The position numbers and the translations under genes were made by a program. A stretch of DNA of 53,876 nucleotides, the filler included, from Jimgerdemannia flammicorona (Eukaryota): NCBI GenBank assembly GCA_003990765.1. It is 3 parts of 3 records of this genome, joined end to end, with 100 filler letters (N's around TTAATTAATTAA, not from the genome) between each part and the next. Parts side by side here need not be neighbours in the genome. Positions count along the whole stretch, not along the records: positions 1 to 17,893 come from RBNJ01002371.1; positions 17,994 to 35,885 come from RBNJ01002372.1; 1 more part is not named here. One strand, written 5' to 3'. This document shows, piece after piece, positions 12,682 through 22,721 of the stretch. Position 1 is the first letter of the stretch. Each line of letters begins with the position of its first letter. A model generated the notes under the pieces. That model worked only from the letters and a program-made list of their open reading frames with translations. It searched no databases and had not been told where the DNA came from.

Positions 12682-13064
12682 CTGCATGTTCCTCAACACT
12701 AACAGAGCTCATTCGAAGCCTGCTCTCTTTTGTGTTGGAAAATTTTGATGGGGATTGAAAAAAGAGGGTGAGAGATAGAGTCTTACGTATTCGCGTATCC
12801 CTTATACTCTTTTGGCTCGAAATTGATGGACCTGGCCGAATGTCATCCCCGTTCCGAATAAACCAGCATGCAGCAACTTCCGTCGAAAAGAAGTTATCGA
12901 GTGTTGACATTGACGTTATGAACCAAATTGTATGCACCTTAGTGTGCGGCTAGTTTCCGTTGCTATTTGACAATGCTATTTATCGGAACCAACTGATTCA
13001 AGTTCGGAAGCGCAAAGAGCCACGTTTTCTTATCGGCAACGACAAACCTAAAGTTATTAGAGGA

Positions 13065-13204
13065 TTCAAAGTTGACTAATGGTTAGTTGCTATGGTGATT
13101 TCAAGGTTGACTAATGGTTAGTTGCTATGGTGATTTCAAGGTTGACTAATGGTTAGTTGCTATGGTGATTTCAAGGTTGACAAATGGTTGGTTGCTACGG
13201 TTAT
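13065..13204. repeat. 35-bp minisatellite x4
   Basis: TTCAAGGTTGACTAATGGTTAGTTGCTATGGTGAT in tandem with no spacers. Confidence 0.95.
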
Positions 13205-14356
13205 TTGAACTTCGCCCGAGGCCGCCTCGAGCCACATTAGGCCAAGGGGCGATCATCAGCCGGATAGTGCAGCGACTGGTGGCTATTAAACGTTGAGTCA
13301 AAACAAACTTTCACGGATACGTGCAAATCAGAGCTCCACCTACTCTGCGTAATTTTAAGAGACAGCATGCATGCAATAAATGGGGTTCCAAAACTGAGGT
13401 CCTTGCCTCCTTTAGACAAAGTTCATCAATAATAGAATACTTTTGAATAAAAAGTAAAGTTTTTAAAATGCATATGAATAAATCTGGTACAACATTTTGT
13501 GTGATCTGTGTAAGATGTGTCTTGTCTCATAGTTGCGACACGAAATCGCCACGTCCAGGGTGCGGAGATGGTCGGTCAATGCATTCGAACATGCGAAAAG
13601 GTATCGGGTAGTAAGATGAAAGACATTTGTTTATTGGACACCATCGCTTACACTATACTCCTGACTCCGATTTCTGGGTTCTGGGTATGTTGCATTTTCT
13701 AACAATTTATGCAAAACTAATGAGCAACAATACCTCGCTGCACCCAGCTCTGAGGTAACACCTTACAATAATCCAAATCTTGTTCGTCTCCCAATCGCGA
13801 CCAACCCGCTCACCAGCACGCCCGTCACACCCTACCTTGCAACACGATCTCTTTTTTTTTTTTTTAACCTTGCAACACGATCTCACGGAACTGAAGGCGA
13901 CTGTTGCAATATTGAGAATAGGTGGCAACAAATGTGATCATTGGTTCTGTACTCCCTTAATGTAGTCTTGTTCTGTACAGACGTTCGGGTAGTAAATAAA
14001 AATGGTATTTGTGTGGTGTCACTAATCAAATCTGGATCGTTAAAGGAGGCTCATAGTGAGGTTCTCTTTACCCTTTTGTACCAATGGCCATTGTGTATAG
14101 CCTAATCGGGAATGGCATTTCCTATTGGAGAGCCGACCGGCACAGCCACAATCGGGAGGTGCTCTGCCGTCTATGTATACTTATATAACTGACCGATTTC
14201 TTTTCGAACAAAGATTCGGACTTCCCAAACTCGTGTCCTCACATCACCCATTATTAACCAGATTTTATAACCCCGTGTCCTAACAAATAACCGAACAACA
14301 AAACAAGCACCAAGACAACAGACATCTCTTTCTTGTTTTAGCGACACATCCTCATC

Positions 14357-17300
14357 ATGTCAACCGCCCAAGAACCCGACCAAATCCCAACCCTATCGGT
14401 TTCTCAAATTTCAAACTCGGCGGTATCCACCCCGGAGTCCCGCTCCGCCACCATCGGCAACGCGCTGAGGTTTTCCGGCAGCCGCCACTCGCTCCTCCTG
14501 CAATCCCCCCCCGACGCCAGTGGCAACACTAGCGTGAACAGCCTGTCCGAAGAGAAATATGCGGATCGCCAGTCGGTGCGCCTCCTCGACTCCGAGGCGA
14601 CATTGAAGACCTCTGACGAAAATAACGGGGGGTTGTTGAAACTGGAGGCATTGCAGAAGGAAGAAGTTGGGTCTGTGGTGATTAAGGAGGGAGTCGATTG
14701 CGAGGCGGCAAACGAATCAGTCGAATTGACCGACCAGACGAGAATTTTTCCACCAATGATGTTGATGTTGGTGTTCACGGGGTAAGCTTTTGGTACGCCA
14801 TGTGGTTTGTCATTGACATTCTTTCCTTTTTTTGAAACGAAGTTTCATTCAAGAACTAAACAAATCTACGCTGATTTTTTTTTTTTGTTTTTGTTTTTTT
14901 TTTTTTTCGCTTTTTAAATACAACTCTCAGTGTCATGTTCAGGTATCGTTATAATTTCACATATAATCTCGCCTTTGCCCGAAATTCAATGACCTTCCAT
15001 TTTCCGCCCGTGTTCACTTTTCATAAACTCCACATAACAGCTACTTCATGGCCGGCTTAGATGGCACCATCATCGCCTCTGCCATTCCCAAAATCTCTAG
15101 CGAATACAACTCTTTGAACGACGCTCCATGGGTACGTATTCAAATCCATTTTCATTTTCATCCCAAAGACACCCATGCAACCACTCATTACTCACTTCCC
15201 TCTTTACCTATCCTTCCCCTATCCAGATCGCCACCAGCTACCTCATCTCCAGCAACGCCTGCCAGGCGACCTTCGGCAAGCTCTCCGACATCTTCGGTCG
15301 TCGTCCCACCGTCATCTTCGCCATCGTGGCGTTCCTCGTCGGCTGCGCTGTCTGTGCCTCGGCCTCAAATTTCGCGACCGTCGTCGCTGGACGCGTGATC
15401 TCGGGCATCGGCGGTGGTGGTGAGTTGCTAGATAACTGTTATGCGGTTTATTGTTTCATGCGATATTTTGACTCATCATTATGAAACAAATAGGCATTCT
15501 CGCGATGACGTTGGTGCTGATTAGCGACGTGGTACCGATGAAGCAGAGGGCGAAGTTTCAAGGGTAAGTTATTGACTGAGCGTTGTTCTTCGCTATCAGC
15601 CAACAATTTTCTGATTCCTTTCTCGTTTCCTATTTCCTATAAATCTCAGAATTTCGGCTGCCGTCTTTGGTCTCTCGAGCGCTATCGGCCCAGTGCTGGG
15701 TGGTAAGTTTTTTTTTTTTTTAAAAAAAAAAAAACCTCCATTACCATAAATTTGGAGAAATTTGTACTTATCCATTTCACTTCCTATGCCGTCAATTTTC
15801 CCAAACATCAGGCGTCCTCACCGACAGCCTAGGCTGGCGATGGTACGTACATCCTCCACGTTTTTCTTTTGTTACGCCAAAGCCCCCTTCACTTTCCATC
15901 CTCTAACACTCCCACTCTCGTCCCCTACCAGGATCTTCTGGATCAACCTCCCCTTCGGCGCCGTGAGTCTGGTCACTGTCGCCATGCTCCTGCGTCTCCC
16001 CAAGGTTCATGGTTCGCTGCAGCAAAAGCTTTACCGCATCGACTATGCTGGCATCACGCTGATGGGCGCGTGTACAACTTTCCTCCTGTTGGCAATCAAC
16101 TATGGCGGCAACGAGTACACCTGGGATAGCCGTATGTATTCTTTATCCCATCTTGTTTTAGTATCTAGTTCGCTTCTCATCACCCCCCACTTCCGCACAC
16201 AGCCTTTGTCATCTCCTGCTTCTGGGCCAGCCTGGTGTGCTTCATCGGCTTCCTGTACGTCGAGCACCATAAGGCAATCGAGCCCGTGATCCCCCTGCGC
16301 CTCTTCCGCAACCGCTGGGTGGTAGCCGTCTGCCTCGGCAACTTTATGGTCGCCTGGGTTATGTTCAGCCAGATGCTATACCTACCGCTCCTGTTCCAGG
16401 TCGTTTACGGCGATAGCCCCACCGTTTCCGGCGAGAAGCTCGTGCCCATGATGGGTATGTCGAAACTCCTTCCTTTACTTTACTCACCTCTTCTGAGACG
16501 CCGCCGCTCACGTCGCCCCTTTCTTTCCCACATAGGCGGACTCGTCGTCTTCGCCATCATCGGCGGCATCTTACTCACCCGCTACGGCCACCCGAGCCGA
16601 TTCATGACGGTTGGCGCGCTGATCCTGACAATCGGCACAGTCCTCACCTCCCTTTTCGACCAGAACACTGGGCTAGCCCGTGAGTACGGCTCAATGATCG
16701 TCGTCGGCGCCGGGCTGGGACTAAACATCGCACCGTCTACTATCGCCGTGCAGGCCAAGGTCGCGCAGCAGGGTAAGTGTTAACGAGAATATGGGTTCTG
16801 ATGCTTTATAGAAACAGAAAAACTAATTATTGGTTATTGGGTTTGAATTAGATGTCGCCGTTGCCACCGCCGTCTCGTCCTTCTTCCGATTGTTCGGCGC
16901 CGCGTTTGGTATCGCCGTTTTTGGAACCATTCATCAGAATGTGGTATGTAAAATGGAGTTATTAAGCTGATTTGCCAACCCATGATCCGAACCTGGAACG
17001 ACAAATTTCCTAACCCCACCCCCCCCTCCTAAACCAGCTCGGCAACAAGCTCTCGACAATCTTGCCTCCGGGTCTCGTAAGTCTACAAGTCTACATCTAC
17101 ATCGCACGACCATCTTAAAACCCACCCGTCCATCTTTACTCATAGTCTTCCCTCTCCCCTCTACCGCACTTTCCAGCTTTCCGGAGCCAAGGCGGACATC
17201 GACAACATCTCGCTCCTTCCGCTGCAGCTCCGCACAGAGGTTATTAACGCGTACGTCGAGTCAATCCAGCTCAACGTCCGCATCCTGATCGGCGTGGCTG

Positions 17301-17365
17301 CGCTATGTACTCTATTCATCGCCGCGACGGTTGGGTGGGACAGGTCGCTCGGGAAAAGGAACTAA
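14357..17365 (+). CDS. MFS drug:H+ antiporter (DHA2/14-TMS type), ~627 aa, 13 exons
   Basis: Exons 14357-14781, 14931-14942, 15041-15131, 15227-15419, 15494-15563, 15650-15702, 15812-15842, 15932-16131, 16203-16454, 16536-16772, 16852-16943, 17038-17076, 17177-17365; all introns GT-AG and the joined frame is open; motifs LDGTIIASAIP, GKLSDIFGRR, GRVISGIGGGG, GWRWIFWINLP, IDYAG, EPVIPLRLF. Confidence 0.93.
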
Positions 17366-17893
17366 GAAATGAAATGGTGTCGAATAATCTTGTATAATAA
17401 CTTTTACAATTTGATTTTTCAGGTCGAGATGGGAGTTTGTGGTGTTTCGGCGGTCCGACAGAGTTATATTTACATTTTATTTCCTTTGTTTTTATTTCAT
17501 TTTGCTGCAAAAAATATGTTCAATGAACTGCGTATGGGCTACCATTAAAGATATTCTAATCGTATATCCACTTGATGCCAGCGCCATTTTTTCTATGATA
17601 CGCTCCCTTATTATTTCCCCGCATTTCCACTAGTAGCTTCCACCAAACAATAATAAAGAATGAGCATATTAAATTGTTGCTCTCAAAACCGCGCACATCA
17701 CGCCTCATGCCTTTGAAACATGCTATACGGAAAATGTGACAGCCTTCCAACCGAGAACGCATTCTTGTTATCCATACCACGACTACGTCTCATTTCGTCT
17801 CATCTATGCGAAAACGACCACATTCGCCTTCTACCCCTTTTATGAATAGTGGAAAGAGTGCCTTCTTCTGTGAGGTTTTTTTTTTTTTTTTTT

Positions 17894-17993
17894 NNNNNNN
17901 NNNNNNNNNNNNNNNNNNNNNNNNNNNNNNNNNNNNNTTAATTAATTAANNNNNNNNNNNNNNNNNNNNNNNNNNNNNNNNNNNNNNNNNNNN
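17894..17993. other. Artificial contig linker (N44-TTAATTAATTAA-N44)
   Basis: Six-frame stop cassette within Ns, identical to 35886-35985. Confidence 0.97.
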
Positions 17994-18132
<139 letters not shown>

Positions 18133-18163
18133 ACAAACAAGTACAAATACTCAATCCGCCTGT

Positions 18164-18724
18164 CTACCATTTGCCAGGATCCTGACGTCTAAATAAGCAT
18201 TTTGTCTCAATTCCAATATGTTTTGTTTGAGAAAGTCTGGAGCCAGTATCCCTTATCGTTACTTCCACCTGCAATCTTTCATCAACATCGTGAACAAACT
18301 TGATTGATTTTATCATCATAAGAGTCGTTAGTGACAGCCACAGGTTCGCGTCGCGACCATGTAGCGCGCTTGTAACGCGGACACTCAAAGGCCTATTCCC
18401 AACGGAGCTTGTGCCCGATAGCGACGATATCGTCGACGACAAGGATGTCGTGGAAGAGGACGACAGAGGTGTCAAAAGACCTAGTACTGTTGTCTGGAAG
18501 TCATTGTTCAAGGCTGAGCTGTGGCCGTTGTCTCGTATATCTCTAATGTTCACTAGCTGTGTCGCTTGTACAGCTCCCTCTTGGGGAAATTGGTGTCAAA
18601 GTTCACAGCCTGGTTGGGGTGCTGGTGCTGCGGCCTCGTGGGCTGGGGGTAGGTATAGCTGGTCTTCTTCGTTCTCGAAATCTAACTGGTAAGGTTTTTG
18701 GTGATAGACTTCGTTTCGGTTCAT
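18164..18724 (-). pseudogene. Unknown ~186-codon frame with one internal TGA (pseudogene or spliced gene fragment)
   Basis: ORFs 18596-18817 and 18164-18553 share a frame separated only by TGA 18596-18598; ATG at 18724; TATA-like element at ~18835. Confidence 0.35.
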
Positions 18725-20386
18725 CCGGGCCGAGCATATAATTGAAGGGAGGAGGGGGAGGGGGGTGAATGAACAGAAGGAACAGAAGAGATGTTTGTAC
18801 AAAAAGGTTCGGACCAATGGCAGTCCCCAGATATAAATATGCTGCGGCCTTTAGTTTTCAGGGCTTGACCGGCGAAAAATAGTGCAACATTCCATTCATT
18901 TGTGCGATCCTGGCAAGCGACAGCCCACTCTCTAAGAGATTGAATCCGAAAAGACTATATTGGCCTTGGTACGGCCTCCTTTTTTAGGACTACAATAAAT
19001 ACAGCATGGTGGAGGTCGTAAGTGGGCCTCAATAGCAATTTAATCCCAGCACATTCGGCATTAGTATCACCGAGATTCAGATCCTGCCGTTCTGAATCCT
19101 GTGGCCATCGCATAAAAACCAGATCAAGTAGCCATTTACGGTGCGGTGTAGTGTGAAGCGGCCCCTCCCAGGTGACCCGCCATTTAAATGTGTCGGCGGC
19201 GCCTACCGTGACCCTATTTACAGCAGAAAGACCCAAGTTAATACCTAGGCCAACAAAAGCTCACGTAATTGAAAATTGGTGGGTGTTAATTTACTGATAT
19301 AGGTCAACGTCCGTGCTCACCTGGTGTGTATGCAACGTGGAAAATAGAGTTATTCCGTGATCTCGGACACGTATATACACGCTCACACATCGGCCAGGGC
19401 GGTTCAATGTACGATCCGTAATAGCTGACTACATACATCTCGGTTTGCATGTGTGAAAATCACCCATCGTGACTAAGGCCCGAATCGCAGTAACCGCAGT
19501 TGTAGCAAAACACTAACAGGCCCAGTGACAAAGTGAGACAGGCGAAATCCGTTCGGGATCACATAGAGTCTGTGCAGGCATTCAGATCACTGGCAGCGAA
19601 GAGGAAATACGATATTCGAAGGACTTGTAGGCAGAACGGCCAGTCGTGAGGGCTCGTCTCCATCGATAACATTGAAACTCAGCTTCGGAATGTACTGCGG
19701 TCCTACAAGTGCACTTACTGCTATCAAGATACTGAAAGGTCCGCTACAAGCCCGCTTACTGCAAAGGCAAGGCTCATTGAGAGACAGCACATATAAGCTG
19801 GCCACTTTTAAAATGTTACCTCTGGTGGTTTAGTATGACTCAAAAAACAGGAAGAAAGTAACTTTTTTAAAAGTGCCGAGCAGCGGACGCAGCGGACCTG
19901 CTGGAACAACAGCTGACATGAGTCTTCTGGAGGCCCAGACTCATTCCAATGTCGTTTCAAAGTTTGACATGCGTAATCGACCGCCGTAAGTATGAATCAG
20001 GATGGGATGGCAGTACCCCAGAATGGGGATGTGGGTGCCTGCCTGGCCTGCCGACTTTGTCGCTTGCTAGAAATGGAACTCGGGCCCAGCTGTGCATTGG
20101 CTTGACGTACACGATTCTAAAAAAGGATGTCGATGGATATCACCAACTTTAAAAGAGTGACGCGGTGGATCATCCACTTCCGCAATCTTCAACAAATACG
20201 GCAGCAAAACTGTCATTACGCTGGAAACCGGGCATTTGCGATAGGATGCGGAGTCAGTGGCGATGCCCATAACAGTGGTAGTCCTATATAGGATTTGGTA
20301 ATTGGTCACATGACATGTACCACATTGCTACCCTGAATTTATTAAACCAGAGAGGGCTGGACGTTTCTTCATTCGTCAAAGCCAGA

Positions 20387-21334
20387 ATGGGCCAACGTCT
20401 CTCCCAACCCCACAGAAGACCCTCCACAGAGAGCAAGGCTGTAGCACCTCTCCCAAAATCAGACGTAACTGTGCCAGAAGGTTTCAAGTGGGTCGACGGT
20501 CGCGGGTTCAAAGTAGGCGGTAATCCGACTTACCCCTTGCCAAACGATCTCTACGAAACCAACCGGCTTAACCTTCAGCATTACCTTATCCGTCTTGTGT
20601 TCTCCGGCTACTTCATGTCTCCCGTAAAGGAGCATCTTGAACGCGGGATTAAAGTCCTCGACGTTGGATGTGGCACTGGCATCTGGTCCGTAGAATGCGC
20701 AGCGCAATACCCCGCCAGCGACTTCATTGGGACGGACATAGTCGACGCCTTCAGCAGAACAGCCCCAAGCGCACCAGAAAACTGTCGATTCGAGCTCGCG
20801 GACACGCTCAAGGGCCTCCCGTTCCCAGACGGCAGCTTTGACTTTGTTTTCCAGCGGATGCAGCTCAGCTCGTTCCGCGAGGATGAATGGCCCACCGTCA
20901 TCACCGAACTTGTCAGGGTCGTCTGTCCGGGCGGCTGGATTGAGCTAGTCGACATGGACGGTTGGTTGTACGGGGCTGGTCCGAAAACGACGGAATTCTG
21001 CACCAAACTGCGTACCGTCCTCAAGATGCGTGGCATCGTCCCCAGTATCGTCAGGGAGGTCGGTGGCATGCTCGAGGCTACCGGCATCGAGGATGTGGTC
21101 CACGACCACCGGTCCATACCCGTCGGATGGGGCCCTGCCGAGGTTGCGGTGCCTTCGACTAAAAACCTCGTCGCGTTCTTCGAGTCTATGAAGCCCACGA
21201 TGTTGTTGGTCCTTGGAATTCCGGAACTGGAGTACGACACCCTAATCGGCGAGGCGTCAGAGGAGCTGAACACATACCAGACTTACTGGAATATAGATTA
21301 CGCTTTTGGGCGAAAGCCGTTAAGTACGGAATGA
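20387..21334 (+). CDS. Class I SAM-dependent methyltransferase (LaeA/Methyltransf_23/25-like), intronless
   Basis: YPLPNDLYETNRLNLQH, VLDVGCGTGIW (motif I), GLPFPDGSFDFVFQR, ELVRVVCPGGWIELVD; the ORF opens at 20315, with likely start MGQRLS at 20387 downstream of TATATA at ~20285. Confidence 0.92.
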   Translation: MGQRLSQPHRRPSTESKAVAPLPKSDVTVPEGFKWVDGRGFKVGGNPTYPLPNDLYETNRLNLQHYLIRLVFSGYFMSPVKEHLERGIKVLDVGCGTGIWSVECAAQYPASDFIGTDIVDAFSRTAPSAPENCRFELADTLKGLPFPDGSFDFVFQRMQLSSFREDEWPTVITELVRVVCPGGWIELVDMDGWLYGAGPKTTEFCTKLRTVLKMRGIVPSIVREVGGMLEATGIEDVVHDHRSIPVGWGPAEVAVPSTKNLVAFFESMKPTMLLVLGIPELEYDTLIGEASEELNTYQTYWNIDYAFGRKPLSTE

Positions 21335-21992
21335 TAGCTAAGTACGGAGTGATAGACCTACACCAGTTTCTGTTAACATTCAAAGGAATGCTAGTAGCTG
21401 TAGCCTTAGACTCGTAGCAATGAGCATCGCATCATTGGTTTTTATTGTGTTCCCTGCAAAATTTCTAATCGAGACACTCGATTTGTGCTTGATACTTTGT
21501 CTACAATACCATAATATGCTAAAATTAGTGTTTTTTTTATCCTTTGAGACGTCCATAATTCTAGAATGTATATATATATTCTTTATTGCAGCCATTTATG
21601 CACTCGAAGAAGAATTTTTCTCCGCTATGACCCAAAGATAGATCATTGATCTTATTTTATTTATTTATTCTATTTTTTTACGATCGATTTTTTTCTTCTT
21701 AAATAACAGAGTGAACATAAGCGCGAACCACGGTCCTGGCCATCCATTGAAAAACTAAGAGGCCATCGCATGTAAATGACGCATAGCAATGAATACAAAG
21801 CAAGATGTGTGCACGACCCATTTTGCGAGACTGACATATGTTGCTTGCGCCAATTGATCCCGACCTTTTCGCATTTGGTTGGTCGTGGATACATACGATA
21901 CGATGGTCGATTTTTATTTTTATTTCTATTTCCCTGTTACGATTGACGGAAATGCGTGAGCAGGATGGTTCCAACGTCGGGAAGGTGGCCAG

Positions 21993-22314
21993 CAGGGATC
22001 CCAGATGGCTGGCCATATGGCCAATGGCTGGCCAGGGTGGCTTGGCTTTAAATTTACAGCCAACTGGCCAAGTGGCTCGGCCTTAAATTTAGCCTGGCCA
22101 GCTAGCCAATCTATAAATTTAAGGTCGAGCCACCCTATCTTGGCCTTAAATTTACAGCCAACTGGTCAAGTGGCATTTTATTTAATTTGGAAAATTTGAA
22201 ATTCAAAACTGCCAAATAAGGCCTGGCCACTTGCCCAACTAGCCAATCCATAAATTTAAGGCTGAGCCACCCTGGCCAGCCATTGGCCATATGGCCAGCC
22301 ATCTGGGATCCCTA
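21993..22314. mobile_element. hAT-superfamily MITE (322 bp)
   Basis: ~50-bp near-perfect TIRs starting CAGGGATCCCAGATGGCTGGCC; perfect 8-bp TSD GTGGCCAG at 21985-21992 and 22315-22322; internal CCTTAAATTTA subrepeats. Confidence 0.92.
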
Positions 22315-22721
22315 GTGGCCAGTACTATGACGACCAAGTTGAGGAGTTTGGGGAAAATATGCAATCGGATGTAACGGGGGACGCATAGTTGGATCAAGAA
22401 GCGATTGGGGATTTCGCTCGATGCAGACTTGGGTATTGATACGATCACCGAATCGAGACGACTCGTAGGTCGGTCATGTTCACACGTCTAAAATTCTGAA
22501 GCTCAGATTAAGAATTCAATATGCAGTAGACTATGAAAGTGACCGCATGCGATCTCTAATGATCCAGTATCTGATCTCTGTACAATGTTGTCAACAACAG
22601 AAACCCGTGTAATTATGTCATGGAGAAAGGCAACAAAATGGAATATTATTTTATGGGAAAAAGTCCGGCAGCTCAAACCATAACAAATACACTGAATGTG
22701 TACACAACGCCCGCCCATCTT

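Noticed and set aside
13065..13204. 35-bp repeats resembling a CRISPR array
   Set aside because: Units are directly adjacent with no spacers, no cas genes, eukaryotic context
20608..21273. 221-aa antisense ORF
   Set aside because: Shadow of the GC-rich methyltransferase CDS
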